Assembly: GCA_947457525.1 (NCBI GenBank)
Contig: CANGXE010000001.1
Span: 1 to 35,752, forward strand
Direction: 5' to 3'
From: Bacteroidota bacterium
GTDB taxonomy: Bacteria > Bacteroidota > Bacteroidia > Chitinophagales > LD1
Length of the DNA: 35,752 nt
Position numbers and translations under genes: made by a program
Notes under the pieces: generated by a model
Database searches by the model: none
Told to the model about the DNA's origin: nothing
Seen by the model: only the letters and a program-made list of their open reading frames with translations
In this document: piece by piece, positions 18,432 to 26,450 of the stretch
Numbering within the stretch: position 1 is the stretch's first letter
Layout: every line of letters begins with the position of its first letter

Positions 18432-19793
18432 TTATTGATTTAAAATTTGAGTAGTTAATTCATCTAAATTTAGTCCTGAAAAATTGCCGGATGTCATTAG
18501 CAAAAGATTTTTGCCGGACCACGATTGGTTAATCAGAAAACTCTTCAACACTTCTCTGTCCGTTATCACTTTCAGCTTATCATTATCAAATGCCTCACGC
18601 ACCAAAGTTTCGTCAAACAAGTCCATATTTTTGTGGGCAAATGTCTCCTTATCTAAAAAAACAACCGGAGTATCCGCCTGATTCATTGATCCGGCATATT
18701 GATTTAAAAATTCTTTATTTAGACTACTAAAAGTATGTAACTCCATCACAGCTATAAGATGTTGCTGAGCGAATTGTTGCTTCATTGCTTTGGTTGTAGC
18801 TGCTAATTTTGAAGGCGAATGGGCAAAGTCTTTATAAATGGTGGTTTGCTCGTTTTTGCCTTGCAACTGCAAGCGATTGGCCGCTCCTTCAAAAGTAGCA
18901 ATGGCTCGGTAAAAATCTTCATCAAAAACACCAATTTCATTGCAGATATATTTTGCTCCTGAAATGTTTTGCAAATTGTGTTGTCCAAAAACAAGAATAC
19001 CAATTTCTCCGAAATCGGTCATTAAGTATGTTTTGTTATTCTTGACTACATGCGGGTGAGTATCGTAAGGACGAGTGCGCACTTTAGCATCAAATGCATT
19101 AAATATCCGCTTTAACTCTTCGTCCTCCTTGTACCAGGTCAAAAAACCCCACTCTTCTACACTGTAGGCAAACTTGCGAAACTGCTCCACGTAACCTTCA
19201 TACTCCGGAAAAACATTGATATGATCCCAAGCGATGCCGGAAATCAATGCTGCATTGGGTTTATAGAACAGAAACTTCGATTCGCGATTAATCGGAGAAG
19301 CTAAATACTCATCACCCTCCAGAATAATGATTGGTGCATTTTCGGTGATTTTCACACTAGTGTCAAACCCTTTCACCTTCGCTCCTACTAGATAATCAAA
19401 ATCATAACCGGTTCCTTTAAGTACATGCATGACCATGGATGTAATCGTAGTTTTGCCATGGCTGCCCGCTATGACTACACGTTGTTTATTTTTAGAAACT
19501 TCATAAATGTACTCCGGGAAAGAGTAAATCTTAATACCTAACTCTTGTGCTTTTAACAACTCTGGATTATTCTCACGAGCGTGCATTCCTAGTATTACTG
19601 CATCTAAATCTTCAGTAATATTATTTGCATCAAATCCAATAGTAGCAGGCATTATACCTTCATTGGAAAGGTTGGTTTTTGCGGGATCTACAATTTTATC
19701 GTCAGAACCAGTAACTTGATGGCCTTTTCGCTTTAGTGCAATCGCTAAATTGTGCATAACAGCACCACCAATAGCTATAAAATGTATTTTCAT
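18432..19793 (-). CDS. mpl: Mur-ligase family protein, most like UDP-N-acetylmuramate:L-Ala-gamma-D-Glu-meso-DAP ligase
   Basis: 453 aa. The N-terminus MKIHFIAIGGAVMHNLAIALKRKGHQVTGSD is Mpl-like, and the P-loop is AGSHGKTTITSM. Length is similar to E. coli Mpl. The distinction from MurC is by N-terminal pattern only. Confidence 0.7.
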   Translation of the reverse strand: MKIHFIAIGGAVMHNLAIALKRKGHQVTGSDDKIVDPAKTNLSNEGIMPATIGFDANNITEDLDAVILGMHARENNPELLKAQELGIKIYSFPEYIYEVSKNKQRVVIAGSHGKTTITSMVMHVLKGTGYDFDYLVGAKVKGFDTSVKITENAPIIILEGDEYLASPINRESKFLFYKPNAALISGIAWDHINVFPEYEGYVEQFRKFAYSVEEWGFLTWYKEDEELKRIFNAFDAKVRTRPYDTHPHVVKNNKTYLMTDFGEIGILVFGQHNLQNISGAKYICNEIGVFDEDFYRAIATFEGAANRLQLQGKNEQTTIYKDFAHSPSKLAATTKAMKQQFAQQHLIAVMELHTFSSLNKEFLNQYAGSMNQADTPVVFLDKETFAHKNMDLFDETLVREAFDNDKLKVITDREVLKSFLINQSWSGKNLLLMTSGNFSGLNLDELTTQILNQ

Positions 19794-19803
19794 TCAAGTT
19801 CTT

Positions 19804-19811
19804 TATATTTG
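19804..19811 (+). promoter_or_regulatory. Candidate -7 promoter box (TATATTTG) for the small ORF / ytxJ unit
   Basis: Exact TAnnTTTG on the + strand, 53 nt upstream of the ATG at 19864. Confidence 0.35.
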
Positions 19812-19841
19812 CGCACAAAATATTTGATTTACATTCACGTT

Positions 19842-19849
19842 CAAATGTA
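19842..19849 (-). promoter_or_regulatory. Candidate -7 promoter box (TACATTTG) for mpl
   Basis: Exact TAnnTTTG on the - strand (+ strand caaatgta), 49 nt upstream of the mpl ATG at 19793. Confidence 0.35.
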
Positions 19850-19863
19850 AAAAACTAACAATT

Positions 19864-19995
19864 ATGAAGACCATGAAAAATTTAGTGCTTGCTGTTATTG
19901 TATTCGGATTTGTTGCAGCTACTTCTTCTTGCAACAAACATACTTGCCCAACATACTCTAAAACTAACGAAACCGTTCAGACTGACCGAGTTTAA
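19864..19995 (+). CDS. 43-aa putative lipoprotein (below the ORF-track size cutoff)
   Basis: ATG at 19864 and TAA at 19993-19995. Translation is MKTMKNLVLAVIVFGFVAATSSCNKHTCPTYSKTNETVQTDRV. It has a clear signal peptide with lipobox ATSSC and a second Cys in CPTY. It ends 12 nt upstream of ytxJ and has a promoter box upstream. Confidence 0.4.
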   Translation: MKTMKNLVLAVIVFGFVAATSSCNKHTCPTYSKTNETVQTDRV

Positions 19996-20007
19996 TTACT
20001 CGAACCA

Positions 20008-20343
20008 ATGAATTGGAAAAATTTAGTAGAAGTCGAAGAACTCGACCGGTTAATTATTTTATCTAATACAACTCCCGTTCTATTATTTAAGCATAGTACG
20101 AGGTGCAGTGTTAGTCTTATGGCTAAACGCTCCTTGGAATCTGAATGGAATTTTTCCGCAGAACAAATTGTACCTTATTATTTAGACCTAATTACCTATA
20201 GGTCAATCTCTAACCGCATAAGTGAAGTTTTCAATGTAACTCATGAATCTCCCCAAGCTATTTTGCTAAAAAATGGTAAAGTCCTTTACCATACTTCACA
20301 CAGCGAAATCAGTGCAGAAGACATAGGTAATCACTTAAATTAA
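20008..20343 (+). CDS. ytxJ: YtxJ-type monothiol thioredoxin-like protein (bacillithiol-system associated)
   Basis: 111 aa. Motifs LLFKHSTRCSVS (TxCxxS monothiol), THESPQ and HTSHSEIS match the YtxJ/DUF2847 family as I recall it from Bacillus YtxJ. Confidence 0.8.
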   Translation: MNWKNLVEVEELDRLIILSNTTPVLLFKHSTRCSVSLMAKRSLESEWNFSAEQIVPYYLDLITYRSISNRISEVFNVTHESPQAILLKNGKVLYHTSHSEISAEDIGNHLN

Positions 20344-20482
20344 ACTCACTAATTCTATTTTCGTCTCCACATTTTTGGACATAGTGCGAAACTTATTTCG
20401 ACCGTTGTTAGGTAAATCTAAAAAAAAAGATTTCAATTTGTTGAACATAACAACCCACATATTTTTTAACTAAATCATTTTT

Positions 20483-21919
20483 ATGGCTGACAAAAACGGC
20501 AAACTCAATCTTAAAAACCTTACTTTTTCAGACAGTGTTTCTTACTACTTTGACAAGGCAGCACCTTTTACTGATTCTCCGCAAGGGCTACTAGATCAAA
20601 TCAAAGCTTGCAACAGTATTTACAAAATGAATTTCCCCGTAAAATACGGCAATCAAGTAAAAGTAATTGAAGCTTATCGCGTACAGCACTCTCATCATCG
20701 TTTACCTACCAAAGGCGGCATTCGTTATTCACTTCACGTAGATCAAGATGAAGTGATGGCACTGGCAGCTTTGATGACTTACAAATGTGCTTTGGTTGAT
20801 GTGCCCTTTGGTGGTGCTAAAGGCGGCATTAAAATTTCACCAAGAAACACATCCCCAGAAATTTTAGAAAACATTACTAGACGCTACACAAGTGAACTAG
20901 TGAAGAAGAATTTCATCGGTCCCGGTATAGACGTTCCTGCTCCTGACTACGGTACAGGTGAGCGCGAAATGGCTTGGATTGTAGATACATACATGACCCT
21001 ACGTCCTGGGGAGATTGATGGCTACGCCTGTGTGACCGGAAAACCAGTTTCGCAAAACGGTATTAAAGGAAGAACGGAAGCAACAGGTCGCGGTGTTGTT
21101 TATTCTTTGAATGAAGTTTGCTCATATAAAGATGATATGCAACAACTTGGTTTAGAGGTAGGATTAGACGGAAAGCGCGTAATTATTCAAGGGTTGGGTA
21201 ACGTAGGTTATCACACCGGAAGAATTATTCAAGAATATGGCGCTGTGGTTATAGCTGTTGCTGAAAGCGATGGAGCAATTTATAACGAAAAAGGAATAGA
21301 CGTAGAGGCTTTGCACAAATACCGTATAGAGAAGAAATCCGTAAAAGGATTTCCGGGTGGAAAATATATTGCCGACTCAATTTCGGCACTAGAATTAGAG
21401 TGTGATATTCTTATTCCGGCTGCACTTGAGCGTCAAATCACTGAAGTCAATGCACCACGTATCAAAGCTAAAATTATCGCTGAAGCTGCAAATGGACCTA
21501 TTACTCCGGGTGCAGAAAAAATATTATTGAAAAAGGGTACAATGATTATACCCGATATCTATATTAATGCAGGAGGAGTAACTGTTTCGTATTTTGAGTG
21601 GTTAAAGAACTTATCACACGTTCGTTTTGGTCGTATGCAAAAACGCTACGAAGAGAAACACCAATCCAACTTCATCAAACTCGTTGAAGATTTAACTGGA
21701 AAATCGGTTCCTAAATCTAGAATTGATAGCCTAATTCACGGTGCAGACGAAATTGACTTAGTCAACTCCGGCCTCGAAGACACGATGATTAATGCCTACC
21801 GAGACATCCGCGAATTTAAAAAACGCAAACGCAACGTCACAGATTTACGCACTGCAGCTTTTGCTGTTTCCATCAACAAAATCCGCGATAGTTACTATAC
21901 GATGGGTATTTTCCCTTAG
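20483..21919 (+). CDS. gdh: Glutamate dehydrogenase, GLUD (animal-like) subtype
   Basis: 478 aa. Motifs [59 protein letters not shown] and DLRTAAF are present. The C-terminal half closely parallels mammalian GLUD1 as I recall it. Confidence 0.93.
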   Translation: MADKNGKLNLKNLTFSDSVSYYFDKAAPFTDSPQGLLDQIKACNSIYKMNFPVKYGNQVKVIEAYRVQHSHHRLPTKGGIRYSLHVDQDEVMALAALMTYKCALVDVPFGGAKGGIKISPRNTSPEILENITRRYTSELVKKNFIGPGIDVPAPDYGTGEREMAWIVDTYMTLRPGEIDGYACVTGKPVSQNGIKGRTEATGRGVVYSLNEVCSYKDDMQQLGLEVGLDGKRVIIQGLGNVGYHTGRIIQEYGAVVIAVAESDGAIYNEKGIDVEALHKYRIEKKSVKGFPGGKYIADSISALELECDILIPAALERQITEVNAPRIKAKIIAEAANGPITPGAEKILLKKGTMIIPDIYINAGGVTVSYFEWLKNLSHVRFGRMQKRYEEKHQSNFIKLVEDLTGKSVPKSRIDSLIHGADEIDLVNSGLEDTMINAYRDIREFKKRKRNVTDLRTAAFAVSINKIRDSYYTMGIFP

Positions 21920-21944
21920 TAGATTTTAGTATCCAACATTCTCC

Positions 21945-21975
21945 AAAGCCATTCCCATCTCGGAATGGCTTTTTT
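21945..21975 (+). terminator. Rho-independent terminator after gdh
   Basis: Perfect 11-bp stem aaagccattcc (21945-21955) / ggaatggcttt (21962-21972) with loop catctc, running into a T6 tract. Confidence 0.8.
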
Positions 21976-22027
21976 ATATCACACAATAACAAATTTATAA
22001 TCACGTTTACAACTCCAAAATAAAATT

Positions 22028-22234
22028 ATGAAAACATTAATAATGCTATTTTCTGCCTCATTTCTAATTCTCAACTCTAGCTGTAGCAAATGTGACGATT
22101 GTTTTGACCAGCAGCTATATAATCAATACAAAAACTCTTTTTGCACTGCAGATTGTCCGGGTGTGACAGCTTGCAACGGCAAAACATATTGTAACGAATG
22201 CGAGGCCAAGAGAAATGGCTACAGATTAAAGTAA
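22028..22234 (+). CDS. Small Cys-rich lipoprotein with a Kazal-like motif
   Basis: 68 aa with signal peptide and lipobox NSSC. The mature ~49 aa holds 7 further Cys. ACNGKTYCNECEAKRNGY resembles the Kazal core (vCG.DGKTY.N.C.a...G), but the spacing is shortened and the last Cys is missing. Confidence 0.5.
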   Translation: MKTLIMLFSASFLILNSSCSKCDDCFDQQLYNQYKNSFCTADCPGVTACNGKTYCNECEAKRNGYRLK

Positions 22235-22235
22235 A

Positions 22236-23747
22236 TTAAACACTCGGCAACGAAATTCTGAAGGTAGTACCTTTGCCAATTTCCGATTGTTTAACTACAA
22301 TCTTCCCTTGATGATACTCTTCAACGATACGTTTTGTCAAGGATAATCCAAGCCCCCACCCCCTGCGCTTGGTAGAGTAGCCCGGTTCAAAGATAGTAAC
22401 AAACTTTCCTTTAGGGATACCTTTTCCGGTGTCTGATATATCAATGATTACACCGCTAGAATCGGCAGTTGCCTCTACATCAATTTCTCCTTCTCCATCC
22501 ATGGCGTCAAGCGCATTTTTCAATAGATTTTCCAATACCCAATCAAACAATTGTTGATTGATTTGAAACACCAAACCATCTGCGCAGTAAAGACGCATTT
22601 TTACTTTGTTGCTACTTCGTTTTTGCATGTAGTCAATATTTCGCTCCAATACTTCTTTCACGCTATGAGAAGTTAACTTCGGTACAGAACCAATTTTCGA
22701 AAACCGATCGGCTACCAATGAAAGTCGCTCTACATCGTGTTGCAATTCATTTAAAATGTGTTCATTGCCGCTCAAACATTCGGTGTCGCGCATGTACTCA
22801 ATCCATCCTTCAATAGAGGAAATGGGAGTTCCCAATTGATGTGCGGTTTCTTTGGCCATGCCTACCCAAACTAAGTTTTGTTCCGCTCTTCTTGCATTAC
22901 TGAATGCTAAATAAGAAATCAACAAAAACGCAGAAAAAATGGCTAACTGCACATAAGGAAAAAGTCGAAGTTGTTGCAATGTTTCGGAGTCATTGTAATA
23001 AATATAGCGCTTAACGCCCTCCCCCAAATCTACTACAATAGGTTCATGTGAAGATTGCATTTCCTTAATCAATTTCAACGCTCCATCAGTACTTCTAATA
23101 GCCGCTGAATCTACATTGCCGAAATCCAATACATTCATGTTCTCATCGGTTAATATAACCGGTGCACTCACAGAGTTAAGAACAACTTCACTAATAAAAG
23201 TCTCTAGTAAGTCACTTAGTGTTTGCTTTAGCTTACTGAATAGATTGGAATCTTTATAATAAATGAAATTTATACTTTGTCCGTAGTTAACCAATATAGG
23301 CTCGTACATAGAAAAATCATCACTAATTGACTTGGGTAAATCTGCGATATTGGTAATGCCTTTGGCTAATTCTATATTTCTAACACCCAAAATATTTCCG
23401 GCATCATCGGCAAGAATAGCAGGGATACCTGTGTTGGATGTAATAATTTCATTGAAAAAAGTCAGTAAATCATTGTCATTTAACGTAAGAACAAATTTGG
23501 TAGATTGGGCATAGATATTGACTTTCCTTCGTTCATCTTCGGCAAGCTTAGTAAACAACTCTTTAGTGTAACGCACCAATCGGGCTTTACGTCCAATAGC
23601 CTCTGCCCATAATCTTGCTTTATATTTTTCCTCAGTAGCAAGTTTATTTGCTAATTGATTTGTATATACCACCGTAGCCACACCAATCACTAAAGCGATG
23701 ATGAGCAAGACTAATTTAAAGTTTGATTTACGTGCGTATATATCCAT
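22236..23747 (-). CDS. Membrane sensor histidine kinase (no cognate response regulator in window)
   Basis: 503 aa with two TM segments (aa ~11-30 and ~262-282) flanking a ~230-aa extracytoplasmic domain. H-box ETAHQLGTPISS (His codon 22839-22841). N-box LENLLKNALDA, G1 DTGKGI, G2 GWGLGLSL. Confidence 0.85.
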   Translation of the reverse strand: MDIYARKSNFKLVLLIIALVIGVATVVYTNQLANKLATEEKYKARLWAEAIGRKARLVRYTKELFTKLAEDERRKVNIYAQSTKFVLTLNDNDLLTFFNEIITSNTGIPAILADDAGNILGVRNIELAKGITNIADLPKSISDDFSMYEPILVNYGQSINFIYYKDSNLFSKLKQTLSDLLETFISEVVLNSVSAPVILTDENMNVLDFGNVDSAAIRSTDGALKLIKEMQSSHEPIVVDLGEGVKRYIYYNDSETLQQLRLFPYVQLAIFSAFLLISYLAFSNARRAEQNLVWVGMAKETAHQLGTPISSIEGWIEYMRDTECLSGNEHILNELQHDVERLSLVADRFSKIGSVPKLTSHSVKEVLERNIDYMQKRSSNKVKMRLYCADGLVFQINQQLFDWVLENLLKNALDAMDGEGEIDVEATADSSGVIIDISDTGKGIPKGKFVTIFEPGYSTKRRGWGLGLSLTKRIVEEYHQGKIVVKQSEIGKGTTFRISLPSV

Positions 23748-23769
23748 CGACTAGGTAAATATAATCAAC

Positions 23770-26361
23770 TTAATTTTTGTCATCGAAGTCGATAAACTCT
23801 GGTGGTGATTGTGTATCAAAATACTTCTCCTCCCGTTTCTTTTCATTTTCATCTACCTTAATCGGTGAATTATTAAGCAAATTTTTAAGTACATCCTTCT
23901 CTTTCTTAAAGTCCTCTTTCAATTTATTCCGCGAAGAAGCTTTGTCATATTTTATCTTCAAATTGTCAATTGGCCCAAGTAGAGACAAATAAATATTTAC
24001 TCCTTCATATGGGTCACTTTCAATATACTGGAGGTCGGCATTATTATTACGATTAAACTTTTGCGCAAGTAACTTATGTAAATTGACCTTTAAGTGATAG
24101 TCTACAGTATTATCAAAGTAGTGATAACCAAAAAACATCAAATTGAGTGCTGATGTTTTAATTTCAAACTCCGGAACGTCAAATCGCTTGTTCGCAATTT
24201 TTATTGTATTTGTTAATTCTGCAAAACGAACATCTTCAAGTTCAGACACACGAATAAACTTTGACGCTGCTTTCAATGGTTCGAAATTGAGTAATCGACC
24301 TTCTTTTATGGAGAAATCAATAATCGCTGTCAAAGATTCTTGATCAAGTGTCTTATAATCTTTCCAAGTGGCGTTAAGCGACATTGCACTTGTCAACTTG
24401 CCTTTGAGATTTTTATCCGTTAAAGTAGTTTGACCAAAGTTATCTGCTTGCTGGAAGATAATAGGCAAGTCTAAACCAACAGCACTTATATCACAATTAA
24501 TATTTAAATCTTTATTGTTAATAAAAGAAATTAACCCTTTAGTTTGCACATCGCCACCCATGGCCACCGTGTTCAATTGATTAATTCGAATTAAGCCCGG
24601 TGATATTTGAAGTGATGCATTTAGTTCTTCAAACTTCATTTTAAGGTAGGTGAATTGCTCAACCGATACTTCTAAATTTCCGCGCATATTGAAGACCTCG
24701 GCAATGTTTAGTTTCTGCTTTTTTGAGGCTATGTCTTTTATCTTTTTCTTATCAAAAGCGTCAATCAGTGCAGACAAATGAAAATTCTTCATTTTCAGTT
24801 TGCCATTCACATCAAGTACTACTTTGTTGGCTGTTCTGTTTTCACTCAAGTTATAAATAAAAGGAAACAAATTTTGGATATCGCCACTAAAAGTAAAATC
24901 TGTACTCAGCATATTGAGTGTCAAATTTTGAGCTTCTAATCTGTCATTTTCATATTTTAATAATCCATTAATGTTACCGTATGTAATATCATTTTGCCTA
25001 AACTCTATGCCATTTAATTTAAACTGACCTGAGCCTACTAACGATGAATTAGCAATGTCAGTAAAATCACTTTTTCTACCTACTAAGTGAAACTGATTAA
25101 ATAAAATCGTACCGTCAATATCCTGAGCTATAGTATCTGAAACAAATGACGATAACTCAGCAAGGTGCAATGTCCCATTGGCAAAAAGGTCAAATGATGG
25201 ATCTGATAGGTTATTTACGAGGAGTTTAAATTGAAAAGGTTTATCGTTCAGTGTACAATTAAAGTTGCTGATTTGAAGTAGGTCTCTCCCTTTTTTATCT
25301 ACAGAATATGTGGCTTTTGCATTTACATTTTTCAAAAACTTATTGTACTTCCCTAACTTAATTTCACTGTCTTTCAGTTCAGCTTTCAATACCACATCGG
25401 GCATAGAAGACTTACCTAATATACCTTTAACCGTTGCCTCTAAACTATAAGCACCCGAACCTTTAGCCTCTATAAAATTCTCGCTGTATCGTGCCGGCAT
25501 TAGAGAAAATAGTTGCTGCATATCAGCACCATCATTCTTCAATGTAAAATCGAGTTCTGTTTCATTAAAACGGGTCGCAAAAAAACCGTCAATAGCAAAA
25601 TTAACTTCATCAAGTCGAATATTCCCCTCTTTGAAGCGATATTTACCAGTTGTCCTATTTACATCCAATACAAAATTGGTGTTCACTTTTTTCCCTTCTA
25701 AGAAAAAATCATCTTGACTTGAAAATTTATTGATTGTAAATCTAGCTTTGGTATCAAGTGTGAAATTAGTTTCCGAAAAATTGCCTTGCATTTGCGCTTC
25801 ATCAAAAAAGAAATTGAGATGTGTATGCTGTAATTTATCGGAGTAAGTAAACTTCACTCTCTTGAAATCAACTTTACGTAATTTAACGGCTAGGCTTGAG
25901 GATTTGTCAGAGGTGTCTTCCTTAAAAATAGCGTAATTCCATTTACCTTTGGCATTGCGCAAAAGATTAACTTCTCCATTGCGAATCAATATCCGATTAA
26001 ACTCCACCTCATTACTCCAGAGGGAAAAGATATTACACAACAACGACAGTTCTTCAACTGCTATTAACTTTTTATTCCCGCTTACCAATTTATCATCAAT
26101 ACTTACTTGAGAAAAGGTAAGTGATGCATTTGGAAAATGTTTAAGTAACGACAGTTTAATACCTCCGTCAACCTTCACCGGCACAGTTACTTTTTTATTA
26201 ATTTCTGTAATGATTACAGATTTCACTTTCTCTTCGAGCAAAAAACCTAGGACAAATAAGCTGCCAACTGTAACAACAACTATTAATAACAAACCTACAA
26301 GTAGTTTAATCCACTTTGAGGTATTTAAATGAGGTTTAATATTTTCGGTAGTCGACTTCAT
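23770..26361 (-). CDS. AsmA-family (AsmA/TamB-like) envelope protein
   Basis: 863 aa with an N-terminal TM anchor (WIKLLVGLLLIVVVTVGSLFVLGFLL). It is followed by VKVDGGIKLSLLKHFPNASLTFSQVSIDD, the typical AsmA N-terminal pattern, and then a long beta-rich body. Lies 22 nt upstream of the kinase on the same strand. Confidence 0.65.
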   Translation of the reverse strand: MKSTTENIKPHLNTSKWIKLLVGLLLIVVVTVGSLFVLGFLLEEKVKSVIITEINKKVTVPVKVDGGIKLSLLKHFPNASLTFSQVSIDDKLVSGNKKLIAVEELSLLCNIFSLWSNEVEFNRILIRNGEVNLLRNAKGKWNYAIFKEDTSDKSSSLAVKLRKVDFKRVKFTYSDKLQHTHLNFFFDEAQMQGNFSETNFTLDTKARFTINKFSSQDDFFLEGKKVNTNFVLDVNRTTGKYRFKEGNIRLDEVNFAIDGFFATRFNETELDFTLKNDGADMQQLFSLMPARYSENFIEAKGSGAYSLEATVKGILGKSSMPDVVLKAELKDSEIKLGKYNKFLKNVNAKATYSVDKKGRDLLQISNFNCTLNDKPFQFKLLVNNLSDPSFDLFANGTLHLAELSSFVSDTIAQDIDGTILFNQFHLVGRKSDFTDIANSSLVGSGQFKLNGIEFRQNDITYGNINGLLKYENDRLEAQNLTLNMLSTDFTFSGDIQNLFPFIYNLSENRTANKVVLDVNGKLKMKNFHLSALIDAFDKKKIKDIASKKQKLNIAEVFNMRGNLEVSVEQFTYLKMKFEELNASLQISPGLIRINQLNTVAMGGDVQTKGLISFINNKDLNINCDISAVGLDLPIIFQQADNFGQTTLTDKNLKGKLTSAMSLNATWKDYKTLDQESLTAIIDFSIKEGRLLNFEPLKAASKFIRVSELEDVRFAELTNTIKIANKRFDVPEFEIKTSALNLMFFGYHYFDNTVDYHLKVNLHKLLAQKFNRNNNADLQYIESDPYEGVNIYLSLLGPIDNLKIKYDKASSRNKLKEDFKKEKDVLKNLLNNSPIKVDENEKKREEKYFDTQSPPEFIDFDDKN

Positions 26362-26450
26362 TGTTATTTAACGCAACTTTTGACGTTAAAATACATTCTA
26401 ACTGTTAAGTCTCAAAAATGAAGAATTTAAAATGTAAACTTGTGTTCGGT

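Noticed and set aside
20414-20433. An inverted repeat aaatct-A8-agattt lies upstream of gdh.
   Set aside because: It is a 6-bp all-A/T-dominated stem with a poly-A loop. It would have negligible stability and is expected by chance in AT-rich intergenic DNA.
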